A stretch of 64,000 nt of DNA from an uncultured Muribaculaceae bacterium (GCA_964598495.1 CAZRBY010000006.1:2624-66623), one strand, 5' to 3'; positions 54,547 through 63,756 are shown, counted from the first letter of the stretch. Program-made: numbers and translations. The notes: generated from the letters alone by a model not told the origin.

Positions 54547-55137
54547 CTATTTGTTCAATATTGAGTTAAACTCTTCTATTGACAAAAAGACCGGTTGATA
54601 TTCAATGCCTCTGTTAACAAGATTGCGAACAAAAGCGCGCAAATGATTTTCCGATCCCTGCAAAAGCGGATTGTAAGTGGCGAGAATATCTTCATTATCC
54701 GTCTCTTTCATCAATTGTTTTAAATCGCGGATATCCAACTCTTCAATGTAAGCACCTATTTTTAAGGCTTCAATTATGGTTGTACCTTGTGCTGTCAACT
54801 TATCGTACAATTCCTGCAACTCCTCGTTATGAAATTTGCCATCTTCGTCAAATGAAGGGTCCTCGATTTCATACCGGCTCATCAACTCGATCACCAATTT
54901 TTGATGAACCGTCTCACTTTTTGCAATATTTCCGAAAATTGGGATATTGTATTGATTAGCAAAAAAACCATATACATCGTGAGCCAGCTTCTCTTCTTCA
55001 CGCATTAACAGGATTCCTTCCCTTTCGGAAGGCGTGAGTATAGTTGTATCAATATTTTGGGTACATCCGATAAAAGAATTGATTATCAGGATCATGGCCA
55101 CACCCATTCTTAATACGATATTGTTATTTGTTTGCAT
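54547..55137 (-). CDS. DUF2202 (ferritin-like) domain lipoprotein
   Basis: 196 aa with a lipobox-like FIGC. LMREEEKLAHDVYGFF...AKSETVHQ...GSENHLRAF matches the duplicated ferritin-like helices I associate with DUF2202. Confidence 0.6.
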   Translation of the reverse strand: MQTNNNIVLRMGVAMILIINSFIGCTQNIDTTILTPSEREGILLMREEEKLAHDVYGFFANQYNIPIFGNIAKSETVHQKLVIELMSRYEIEDPSFDEDGKFHNEELQELYDKLTAQGTTIIEALKIGAYIEELDIRDLKQLMKETDNEDILATYNPLLQGSENHLRAFVRNLVNRGIEYQPVFLSIEEFNSILNK

Positions 55138-55248
55138 CGCTTTATTTTTTTTAATAATTGATTTGTTACGGTTTTATTAATTTTTTGTTTTATTTCATTT
55201 ATTAGACGATGATTCTTCAAACATGTTGCAGGATAAACTAACATTTCG

Positions 55249-55256
55249 TACATTTG
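55249..55256 (+). promoter_or_regulatory. candidate -7 promoter box for the OM barrel gene
   Basis: TACATTTG (TAnnTTTG), 42 nt upstream of the ATG at 55299. Confidence 0.35.
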
Positions 55257-55298
55257 TCAAATAAAAATAATAATTAACTTTATAAAAACTAACTTATT

Positions 55299-55994
55299 AT
55301 GAAAAAATTACTTTTTGCTTTATTATTAGCATTTATTTGTGTTCAAGGACATGCACAATTCTACATGGGTGGCACCTTTGGGTTTACTTATAGTAACCTA
55401 TCCGGAGTTGGCGATTTATCCGGTTATGATGATGATTATTATTATGGATTAGGTGATGGGTCGGACTATGAGGACTATGAGTCTCATGCTCAGAAAGGTT
55501 TTTCATTCAAATTTCTTCCTGAAATCGGATATCATTTGTCACTCAGTACAGCTGTAGGAATAAATTTCGGTTATATCAAAGGCTATGCTGCGCTCGGCTC
55601 AATGGATTTGGCAGATTACAAGGCCATGTTAAGTATGGTTATAGGTACAGCATCAGACACTCAATCTGAGAGTGGTAATATCAGTGCAATACGCGTAGCA
55701 CCCTATCTCCGCTACACATTGGTAAGAAAGGGAGGATTCGAAATTTTTACCGATGCTGTCGCAGGTTTTAATTACATTATGGATAAATCATCCAGTACAA
55801 ATTATACATCTTTGGAAATCTGTCTAAGACCGGGTGTTTCTTTTGCCATCAGCGACAGTGTAAAACTATTAGCCAAGATGGGTTCTTTGGGATTCCAATA
55901 TTTGAGTGGCGCAGAGGGTAGCATCAAGCTTACTCGATTCGGTTTGGATCTCGATGGAAACAACATGATGCTGGGAGCAATATACTATTTCTAA
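55299..55994 (+). CDS. small outer-membrane beta-barrel protein (OmpA-like/OmpW-like barrel family)
   Basis: 231 aa with a signal peptide ending HAQ, alternating amphipathic beta strands and a C-terminal aromatic residue (GAIYYF). Confidence 0.65.
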   Translation: MKKLLFALLLAFICVQGHAQFYMGGTFGFTYSNLSGVGDLSGYDDDYYYGLGDGSDYEDYESHAQKGFSFKFLPEIGYHLSLSTAVGINFGYIKGYAALGSMDLADYKAMLSMVIGTASDTQSESGNISAIRVAPYLRYTLVRKGGFEIFTDAVAGFNYIMDKSSSTNYTSLEICLRPGVSFAISDSVKLLAKMGSLGFQYLSGAEGSIKLTRFGLDLDGNNMMLGAIYYF

Positions 55995-56025
55995 TATTCA
56001 GAGATTATATTTAATGGATACAACT

Positions 56026-56063
56026 GACTTTCCCCATCAATCGATGGGGAAAGTCGGTTTTCT
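56026..56063 (+). terminator. rho-independent terminator
   Basis: GACTTTCCCCAT-caatcg-ATGGGGAAAGTC followed by GGTTTTCT. Confidence 0.75.
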
Positions 56064-56091
56064 GGCAACATCACTAAAGAACTAATGCAAG

Positions 56092-56099
56092 TAGTTTTG
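56092..56099 (+). promoter_or_regulatory. candidate -7 promoter box for the six-gene LolA-like/ABC operon
   Basis: TAGTTTTG (TAnnTTTG), 55 nt upstream of the ATG at 56155 and downstream of the terminator at 56026-56063. Confidence 0.35.
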
Positions 56100-56154
56100 G
56101 AAAACTACCAACCAGGGGTGTTTATTGAAAGTCCATTCAGATTGAAGAGATTAT

Positions 56155-56910
56155 ATGATTTTAAGAATTATTCGAATAATAACGTTAATACTTTTATCTA
56201 CACAGTCCGTTTCGGCTCAGTCGATGAGTGCTTACCAGATTGTTGAAAAAGCCCACAATAACCGCTTTTTCAGCAACTTTCAAGCCCAAGCAGACATGAC
56301 TATTTACAGACCGACATGGAAGCGTTCCATAGGAATTAAAACGTGGCTAAAATCGAGAGAAATGGCTATGCTATTAATTGTCTCTCCGCCAAAAGAGAAA
56401 GGAGAGTCATATCTGAAAATTGGCAATAATATTTGGAACTGGCAACCTGTAATAGAGAGGACAGTGAAAATAGCGTTGGCTGCTACCGGCACCCCATGGC
56501 ATGGTAGCGATTTTACAATTGATGATATGTTGAAAAGTAGTTCTTTTCTGTATGACTGTAACCACGAATTAGTAGGTAAAGAGGTTATTGATGGAGATCT
56601 ATGTTACAAATTGATATTAACACCACATTCAGAAAGCACTATACTCTGGAATAAGGTGGTTGTTTGGATTAGCGACACCAGTTTTGTGGAACGTAAAATT
56701 GAGTACTACGATGAAGATGACATTTTGATTAGAACATATACCTCCGACAATATACAAATGATTCAAGGACATTTTGTTCCGCTTCATTTTGAGGTTATAC
56801 CTGCCGACAAAAAGGGATATAAAACTGTACTTTCCATATCGGATTGTGCTTCTGACCCTTCAATTAAAGAAAGTTTTTTCTCGTTGCAAAATATGAAACG
56901 TCTTAATTGA
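56155..56910 (+). CDS. periplasmic LolA_like (outer membrane lipoprotein-sorting protein family, PF17131-type) protein
   Basis: 251 aa with an SPase I-type signal peptide (SVSAQS, no lipobox Cys). The blocks LLIVSPPKEKGESYLKIGNNIWNWQP, WHGSDFTIDDM and CYKLILTP match the LolA_like family pattern as I remember it. Confidence 0.75.
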   Translation: MILRIIRIITLILLSTQSVSAQSMSAYQIVEKAHNNRFFSNFQAQADMTIYRPTWKRSIGIKTWLKSREMAMLLIVSPPKEKGESYLKIGNNIWNWQPVIERTVKIALAATGTPWHGSDFTIDDMLKSSSFLYDCNHELVGKEVIDGDLCYKLILTPHSESTILWNKVVVWISDTSFVERKIEYYDEDDILIRTYTSDNIQMIQGHFVPLHFEVIPADKKGYKTVLSISDCASDPSIKESFFSLQNMKRLN

Positions 56911-56919
56911 TAGTTTTCC

Positions 56920-58164
56920 ATGATCAAATTGGCTTGGCTCAACCTGCAAAGGAATCCCAATCGTGCTCTGTTAATTATATCCTCCGTATTTATTGCCACC
57001 TTTTTTTCCATCCTTTTCGGCTCCATAAAAAATGGTGTGCTTCACTCTTCTGCCGATAGCATTCTGAAGCTATTAGGAGGACATATTGAGATAAGGGCAA
57101 AAAGTTATGCTGAAACCCGCTCTATAGACGATATAATGGAGATAGATTCGGCAACTTTGGACTCAATCTCCGCACTTCCCTATGTGAAGAGTGTTTTGCC
57201 AACTCTTCAATCGAATGTACTGATATCTCATTCGGCCACCAACTCTGTCCGAGCCGTGGCTTTAGTTGGCATAGATCCGGAATCTGAAAAGGACCGTATA
57301 GTAACAGTCTCAGAAATGGTTGAAGGAGAGTGGTTCTCCAAATTCGATAAAGGAGTAATCATAGGTACAAATATGAGAGAACAGCTGGGTTTAGGCGTCG
57401 GTGATACCCTTGTGGTTATGGGCAATGGCTATCATGGTACAAATGCCGTAGGATTGTTTCCGATACAAGGTATTGCGAGGCTACCGTTTGCCACATTTGA
57501 CAAAAGCACCATCCTCATGACATTATCTGCTGCACAAGAACTTTTCCAGGCTAATGATTGTTATAGTGAAATCTATATAATGGCGGAAAGATTGGACAAA
57601 GTAGACCTGATAGAATCCAAAATTCAAAGCATGTTTTCTTATGAAGAATATGAGATAAGGGATTGGAAGTTGCTAATAGAGGACTACTTGTTCTTTTTTA
57701 GACTTACGGATAGCATAGGATTCATAATTATGTTTTTTCTCTATGTCCTCGTCGGTTCTAATATTTTAGGCTCGGTTATATTAATGGCTAAAGAGAGAAA
57801 ACTAGAATTTTCGGTATTGGTATCTATTGGGATGTCCCGCAGTAAGCTAAGTAAAAGCCTTTTTTATGAACTTATCATGGTTACTTTTATAGGTGTGGTC
57901 ATTGCCATTCTCATAAGTCTTCCCATTATATATTACTTTAGTATTCACACTATACCACTCTATGGCGAACAAATTGAAACATTGAAAAGGTATTCTGTCT
58001 GTCCGGATATATATTTGTCCTTGGACTTAACTCTTTATATAAAACAATTTTTGATTATCATAGGTCTATGTTTGGCAGTTATCATTTATCCGATTGCCGT
58101 TATATATAAATTAAAAGTAGATAAAGGATTGAATAAAAGAGATGCAGATGAAGATTGTCTATAA
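56920..58164 (+). CDS. ABC transporter permease, FtsX/MacB/LolC-type (TM1, periplasmic domain, 3 TM)
   Basis: 414 aa with the MIKLAWLNLQRNPNRALLIISSVFIA N-terminus, a soluble insert of about 230 aa and a C-terminal FtsX-like three-helix bundle. Confidence 0.85.
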   Translation: MIKLAWLNLQRNPNRALLIISSVFIATFFSILFGSIKNGVLHSSADSILKLLGGHIEIRAKSYAETRSIDDIMEIDSATLDSISALPYVKSVLPTLQSNVLISHSATNSVRAVALVGIDPESEKDRIVTVSEMVEGEWFSKFDKGVIIGTNMREQLGLGVGDTLVVMGNGYHGTNAVGLFPIQGIARLPFATFDKSTILMTLSAAQELFQANDCYSEIYIMAERLDKVDLIESKIQSMFSYEEYEIRDWKLLIEDYLFFFRLTDSIGFIIMFFLYVLVGSNILGSVILMAKERKLEFSVLVSIGMSRSKLSKSLFYELIMVTFIGVVIAILISLPIIYYFSIHTIPLYGEQIETLKRYSVCPDIYLSLDLTLYIKQFLIIIGLCLAVIIYPIAVIYKLKVDKGLNKRDADEDCL

Positions 58165-58165
58165 A

Positions 58166-59365
58166 ATGGCTTTTAGAAATCTTTTTAGGAGAAAAGGTCG
58201 CAGCACTTTATTAATAACCATTGTTGCTACAGCTGTATTTGCAGCTTCGTTTGTTGTTGCTCTTGGCAACGGTTTTACGGATGGTATTTTTAGAGAATAT
58301 ATCAATATTCAGACCTCTCATTTGCAAATTCATGTGAACAATCTTTCAGAGATAAATGACGTTTCCAAATTTATGGATAAGCGGATGATTCAGGAGGCCC
58401 TGAATGCTGTCGATGAAGTGGAGTCTTCATCTTATCGTTTGAAGACCAATTCACTTGTCTCTACTGCACAAACTAGCGTTGGACTCACATTGATCGGAGT
58501 GGATAGAGGTGATGAAATAAAGGTCTCGTCCATTTACAGCACCATTGATAATTGTGAGGGAACCTTTTTTGAAAGTGATGTGGTAAGACCAATCGTTATA
58601 AGTAAACGTTCAGCTGAGAAATTGAATGTAGGGGTCAAGTCGAGAATCATAGTTTCCTTTCAAGACTCGTCAGGAGAGATTCAGAAGGTCCTGTTCAGGG
58701 TGGGAGGATTGTTTCAAACCAACACTAAAAGTTTCGACAACATGACGGCTTTCGTGCAAAATTCTGACCTTATGCCCTATTTAAATCTTCCCGATGGAGC
58801 TGTTCATGAAGTTGCCATTATTGTTAACGATTTGAAGGAGTGTGATAATATTAAGCAAAAGATATCTCAACTATTACCTGATCACGATGTTAAGAAATGG
58901 AATGAAGTAGTCCCTATTATAGATTTATTAAGCGCTTGGCATGGACTAGCCACTTTTCTCTCTTTAGCTATTTTTTTCATCACCTTGGGATTCAGTTTAA
59001 CCAATTTTATCCTAATGTCGGTTTTAGAGAGAAAGGGTGAGTTCAGAATGCTGAATAAAGTTGGAATGTGTGGCCGGGATATTGGAGCCATGATTGTAAT
59101 AGAGACACTTTTTACCACACTGATTGCTGCCCTGACCGGACTCTTAATATCGACGATTGCCGTATTGATCTTTTCCAAATCGGGCATTGATATAAATTTT
59201 TTATTTGAGAATGAATCCGGGTATGGTTTGGGGACAGTTATTTGCCCGGTAGTTACACATATTTATCCTGTAATCAATAAAATGGATTTTGTTAATATAT
59301 TTGCATTAGTAACGGTCGTCAGTATTATTGCAACAATATCGCCTATTAAAAAGGTCATGAAGTAA
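58166..59365 (+). CDS. ABC transporter permease, FtsX/MacB/LolE-type (second, divergent copy)
   Basis: The ATG at 58166 lies 1 nt after the previous stop and gives MAFRNLFRRKGRSTLLITIVATAVF. It has the same topology as the first permease. Alternative upstream ATGs are at 58142 and 58148. Confidence 0.85.
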   Translation: MAFRNLFRRKGRSTLLITIVATAVFAASFVVALGNGFTDGIFREYINIQTSHLQIHVNNLSEINDVSKFMDKRMIQEALNAVDEVESSSYRLKTNSLVSTAQTSVGLTLIGVDRGDEIKVSSIYSTIDNCEGTFFESDVVRPIVISKRSAEKLNVGVKSRIIVSFQDSSGEIQKVLFRVGGLFQTNTKSFDNMTAFVQNSDLMPYLNLPDGAVHEVAIIVNDLKECDNIKQKISQLLPDHDVKKWNEVVPIIDLLSAWHGLATFLSLAIFFITLGFSLTNFILMSVLERKGEFRMLNKVGMCGRDIGAMIVIETLFTTLIAALTGLLISTIAVLIFSKSGIDINFLFENESGYGLGTVICPVVTHIYPVINKMDFVNIFALVTVVSIIATISPIKKVMK

Positions 59366-59379
59366 ACTAAAGTGTAGTT

Positions 59380-60096
59380 ATGAATGAGTTGACAGAAAAC
59401 AGTAAATACATAATCGTAAGAACAGATAACCTGACCAAGTTGTTTCTAGACGGCAAATCGGAGATAATGGCAACAGATAGTGTTAACTTAACTATCACGA
59501 GTGGAGAGTTTACTGCAGTGGTGGGTCCTTCAGGCTCCGGAAAAACGACCCTTCTTAACCTGATAGGAGGGCTTACAACTCCCACGTCCGGAAAAGTGTT
59601 CGTAAATGGAAAGGATATAAATCAGCTTACAGATAAAGAGCTTGTTAACTTTCGTTTGCATAACATAGGATTTGTTTTCCAATTCCTCAATCTAATTCCG
59701 GTTTTGACGGTAGAAGAGAATATAGCCTTTATAATGGAATTGCAGGGCATCTACAAAGAGCAACGAGTAGCACGAACAACCGAACTTCTAAAATTGATCG
59801 GTCTGAAAGATCGCGCCAACTCTCGGCCATCGACCCTCTCCGGCGGTCAAAAGCAAAGGGTTGCAGTAGCTCGTGCTTTAGCCTCCAAGCCTCTATTCAT
59901 ACTTGCAGATGAACCCACTGCTAATCTGGACACTGAAGCTGCCGAAACATTGCTTGATACTATGCTTCTTCTTAACGAGAAAGAGAAGATAACCTTTCTT
60001 TTTTCAACTCACGATCCACGTGTAATGAATAAGGCCAGACGACTTATAACACTTGAAGATGGAAGGATCACAAAGGATGAAACTTATGCTCGTTAG
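59380..60096 (+). CDS. ABC transporter ATP-binding protein (LolD/MacB-NBD-like)
   Basis: 238 aa with Walker A GPSGSGKTT, Q-loop, signature LSGGQKQRVAVARAL and Walker B ILADEPTANLD. Confidence 0.92.
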   Translation: MNELTENSKYIIVRTDNLTKLFLDGKSEIMATDSVNLTITSGEFTAVVGPSGSGKTTLLNLIGGLTTPTSGKVFVNGKDINQLTDKELVNFRLHNIGFVFQFLNLIPVLTVEENIAFIMELQGIYKEQRVARTTELLKLIGLKDRANSRPSTLSGGQKQRVAVARALASKPLFILADEPTANLDTEAAETLLDTMLLLNEKEKITFLFSTHDPRVMNKARRLITLEDGRITKDETYAR

Positions 60097-61234
60097 GTTT
60101 ATCATAGGATTTTCTTTATTTTGTCTCAGTTGCTGTAGTGCATACGCTCAAATCAGCCTGTCTGGCTACATACACAACCATTCTCTAGTTGGAAAGACTA
60201 GACCTGACCCTTTTGATGAAACTTTATGGCAAAATATGACTTCCCAAAAATTAAATTTTAATTGGAGCATCAATAATAGTTTTGACCTTTACATAAGTAG
60301 CAGAGCCAATTTTTCAATTGGAAATAGCGATATCCTTAAACTGATAAAAGGAACTTCAACTGACGAAAATAACCTGATGAAACTCTCCTATTCATTGGTA
60401 GACAAAGAGGATAAATGGTTGAGTTTTGCCTTGGACCGATTGGCATTGCGGTGGGCAACCGATCAGGTTGAGATTACTCTTGGACGTCAGAGGATTAACT
60501 GGGGAAATACAATATTGTGGAATCCTAATGATGTATTTGACTCATATCCTTTTTTCAACTTCATGTATACCGAGAGAATGGGCTGTGATGCCGTTCGTGT
60601 CGCTTTTTATCACGACGAAGTTGCGACAAGCGAAATTGCGGTCTCAGCTGACAGAGAGGGCTCCCCTACTGCTGCCATATTACATCGAAATTTATACCGT
60701 AAATTTGATTATCAATTACTGGGAGGAGTTTATAGAGGCCAATACCTCTTTGCAGGAGGAGGCTTTACTACTGAGTTGAACAAGTTTAATATCAGATTTG
60801 AAGGCTCATATTTTCACGATTTCCATAAAGTCAGTGAGAAGCAGAACGTCGTTCAGGTTTCCATGGGTATGGATAAAGTTTTTTCAAATAATTTTATCTT
60901 GCAAACTGAAGTTTTATATACAAATAAACCATATGACATATCTGACCTTACGGTTTATCATGTGCATAATAAGCCCACTTTGAGAGAATTGACTACCTCA
61001 CGCTGGAGCTTTGCCGGACAAATCTACTATCCTTTTTCCAACTTACTTTCACTAAGCTCTTTAATAGCTTATTTCATTGATCAAAAAGCAATTTATGCTA
61101 CTGTTGAATTGAAGTATCAATTATTTAAGAATTTTGAAACATCGGTGATGGTTCATGCATTTGATTATACGTTGGGCGAATCATATTCAATGGATGGTAT
61201 TGCAGGCACACTACATCTCAAATATTATTTTTGA
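60077..61234 (+). CDS. outer-membrane beta-barrel of unknown function (DUF1302/alginate-export-like features)
   Basis: The ATG at 60077 overlaps the ATPase gene by 20 nt and gives the signal peptide MKLMLVRFIIGFSLFCLSCCSAYAQ. The GRQRINWGNTILWNPNDVF block resembles conserved motifs of DUF1302/AlgE-type barrels. It ends in the OMP-type aromatic tail LHLKYYF. Confidence 0.6.
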   Translation: MKLMLVRFIIGFSLFCLSCCSAYAQISLSGYIHNHSLVGKTRPDPFDETLWQNMTSQKLNFNWSINNSFDLYISSRANFSIGNSDILKLIKGTSTDENNLMKLSYSLVDKEDKWLSFALDRLALRWATDQVEITLGRQRINWGNTILWNPNDVFDSYPFFNFMYTERMGCDAVRVAFYHDEVATSEIAVSADREGSPTAAILHRNLYRKFDYQLLGGVYRGQYLFAGGGFTTELNKFNIRFEGSYFHDFHKVSEKQNVVQVSMGMDKVFSNNFILQTEVLYTNKPYDISDLTVYHVHNKPTLRELTTSRWSFAGQIYYPFSNLLSLSSLIAYFIDQKAIYATVELKYQLFKNFETSVMVHAFDYTLGESYSMDGIAGTLHLKYYF

Positions 61235-61266
61235 GGTGTGAGATTATCATATTAATTTATATATAG

Positions 61267-62532
61267 ATGAAACGCTCTTTTTTAACATTATTCGTTTTCA
61301 CTTTATCTTTTTTCGGTTGTGAAAAAGAGCCGGTATTTGTGGAAATTGAATATGTTAAATTCAACCATCAACTCTTCGAAGAGAATGTAAAGATGGAAGA
61401 GCTTATCAAGAAGGCTTCCAGAGAGTTTGGGGCCACTCCTAGAGAAATGTTGTTGGAAGCTGGTTATAACGAGGAACAAACACAACAAGTGCTCGAAAAA
61501 CTCAACCTCTATGTTGCGCTTTCAAAGGATCACACCGTACATGGCATTGCATATAACACTAAAGATCCCCTTGGTGAATCCGTTGTGGCATCCGGACTCC
61601 TATATTGTCCTCAAAATAGGTTGCCCAAAGGTGTAATCTTCGTATATCCTCTTTTAAAAACCAAAGGGAATAGCGGTACAGATGTTCGATTCAGTTTGGA
61701 GGCCCTGTTGGCTATATCCGGTGATTATATATGTATGATACCGGATGGGATTGGACAGGGTATCAGTTCAAATCAACCTATCTCTATAATTCAACATGAA
61801 AATTTAGCTGAAACAGGTACGGATTTTTATCTGGCAGCCAGAGAGTTTATTTATAATCGCTATCACTACAAACTACCTAAAAATATTTATCTACTTGGCT
61901 ATTCCCTTGGTGGTTCAGCCATCTGGTCAATGGCCCGATATCTCACAATCCACAAGGAGCTTGGGATAGGTGTGAAAGATATCTTTGTAGGAGGAGGTCC
62001 TTACTACCCGGACCTCTTTATGAAGAACATATTTGAGAGTCGTAATTCTAACTATGCTTCCATACCCTTCATACTCTGGTCTTTGAACTACTATGAGAAT
62101 TTAAATATAGATTTTACAAAGATTTTTAAGGGCAAACTTTTGGATGAATTCCCCTCACTATGTGATGGTCATAAAGGACTCAAAGATGTTACGTCTTATA
62201 TCGGAACCGATCTTAACGACTATTTAGATAAGGATTTTTTACAAAATGAAGAGAATCAATACCGACAATTGATTATGGATGCATTGGAAAAAAATTCAAT
62301 ACCAAATGATTGGCTACCTGAAGTCAAGGTTCATTTATACAACTGTTATAACGACCTATATGTTCCCTCAATTTGTGGAGATAAACTATACGAATATCTA
62401 AGGGAGGTAAATGCCAATGTTGAGTATATTCATGAGGATATAACACACGAAAAGATGATTATTAGGATGATGATAGATTTTTACAAGCACCTTTATCCGG
62501 ATAATCCCTATAATTTGCCGAAGCTTTATTGA
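61267..62532 (+). CDS. alpha/beta-hydrolase lipoprotein (lipase/esterase-like)
   Basis: 421 aa with a lipobox (SFFGC) and the nucleophile elbow GYSLGG. Candidate Asp (YNCYNDLYVP) and His (EDITHEK) occur in the canonical Ser-Asp-His order. Confidence 0.7.
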   Translation: MKRSFLTLFVFTLSFFGCEKEPVFVEIEYVKFNHQLFEENVKMEELIKKASREFGATPREMLLEAGYNEEQTQQVLEKLNLYVALSKDHTVHGIAYNTKDPLGESVVASGLLYCPQNRLPKGVIFVYPLLKTKGNSGTDVRFSLEALLAISGDYICMIPDGIGQGISSNQPISIIQHENLAETGTDFYLAAREFIYNRYHYKLPKNIYLLGYSLGGSAIWSMARYLTIHKELGIGVKDIFVGGGPYYPDLFMKNIFESRNSNYASIPFILWSLNYYENLNIDFTKIFKGKLLDEFPSLCDGHKGLKDVTSYIGTDLNDYLDKDFLQNEENQYRQLIMDALEKNSIPNDWLPEVKVHLYNCYNDLYVPSICGDKLYEYLREVNANVEYIHEDITHEKMIIRMMIDFYKHLYPDNPYNLPKLY

Positions 62533-63050
62533 CAGCATTCCAGAAAGTAGAATAGTCTGGGCATCGACTATGATTAGCTAAAATATAATTAATCTTCAAA
62601 TGGTAGGGCTTTGTTCTTACCGGGTGCCACACCGTAGCGGATGCATCATTAGCAGAATTTACAATGCTCTGTCCACCCTCGTTTATCTTTTTCTCTGAAG
62701 ATTCATACTTTTCCTGAGCGTTCTTGAGCGCCTTGCCCGGTTCTTCGTTATACAATACAAAATCTGCCATACGCTCCGCCATTCTGAGTGCCGCATCTAC
62801 TATATTAGCATGGTTGCGGCCTGTTCAACCTTTATCCATGCTGACCTTAGATGATTGAGAATCGCCTTTATATTGCGGTCAGAGGCATCTTCCCTCTCCA
62901 TGTCATCCATCGCTTCCATATAGTCTGGGAATGCTGCGAGAGAGATCTTTCAGTCCACTATCACATCGGTTTAATCGGGATAGTGCAGAATAAAGTCCAG
63001 GCACATCCGTCAACCGCAGCAGGGATTATTTCTTTTATTATAGGTATCAT
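62462..63050 (-). pseudogene. possible decayed gene: three consecutive minus-strand ORF fragments in different frames
   Basis: My translation gives MIPIIKEIIPAAVDGCAWTLFCTIPIKPM* from the ATG at 63050. A second frame gives ...KISLAAFPDYMEAMDDMEREDASDRNIKAILNHLRSAWIKVEQAATMLI*. The third is the 106-aa track ORF (62462..62782), whose in-frame upstream extension NHANIVDAALR abuts the second fragment. Its 3' end overlaps the lipase gene by 70 nt. I recognise no family. Confidence 0.3.
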
Positions 63051-63192
63051 ATTATTTATATATTAATTATTTTGATTTCAATAATGGCATCATTTTAATT
63101 TTGTCAATTTATACTATATTTTTAGTGATTTATTTTTGGTGTTTAATAAATATTACATATTTTTGCGGTAAAATAACGAATTCACGACGAAT

Positions 63193-63756
63193 ATGGTTAG
63201 ATTGTTTTCAATAATAGTTATTATTTTCTGCACTACAATAATTGCAAGAGCACAACATGTTGCCGTTTCAGCCAATTTGGCGGATATAGCCAATTTCGGG
63301 ACTTTGAGCGGTGAGATTTCTGTCGCTGCCTCACGCCATATTTCCCTAAATGCCGGAGTCAGGTACAATCCATGGCAGTATGGTTCAGAGGAAAAAGGCT
63401 TTGTTCAGAATAGGAAACGCGAGGCTTCACTCGGGGCGAGGTACTGGCCATGGAATATCTTCTCATCATGGTGGTTCGGAATGCGCACACAAGTACGCGA
63501 GTATAATTGCGGAGGGCTTTTCGGGCGGCAAATCACCGAAGAAGGGGTTGCAATAGGTGCAGAGGCAGCTTTCGGATACTCCTATATGATCAATAGTCGG
63601 TTTAATATTGAGTTTGGAGCAGGCATATGGGGTGGGCACAGATGGTATACGCGTTACGATTGTCCACGTTGCGGAACCATACTTTCGGAAGATAATGCTC
63701 ACGGATGGTTCGTTAATCCTGGCGAACTGATAGTTTCACTGGTTTACATTTTTTGA
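63193..63756 (+). CDS. DUF3575-family outer-membrane beta-barrel protein
   Basis: 187 aa with a signal peptide ending ARAQ. VAVSANLADIANFGTLSGEISVAASRHISLNAGVRYNPW is the characteristic DUF3575 opening, and the protein ends in an aromatic tail (LVYIF). Confidence 0.75.
   Translation: MVRLFSIIVIIFCTTIIARAQHVAVSANLADIANFGTLSGEISVAASRHISLNAGVRYNPWQYGSEEKGFVQNRKREASLGARYWPWNIFSSWWFGMRTQVREYNCGGLFGRQITEEGVAIGAEAAFGYSYMINSRFNIEFGAGIWGGHRWYTRYDCPRCGTILSEDNAHGWFVNPGELIVSLVYIF

Noticed and set aside
62851-63066. 71-aa plus-strand ORF in the 62.5-63.2 kb gap
   Set aside because: Its hydrophobic tail is encoded by AT-rich sequence, and there is no promoter or start context. The opposite strand shows more protein-like segments and is reported as a possible pseudogene.
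50817-63192. Calling the AT-rich block a genomic island or mobile element
   Set aside because: No integrase, transposase, conjugation gene, tRNA target or flanking direct repeats are visible in the window. I report only a compositional impression, so no mobile_element feature is given.
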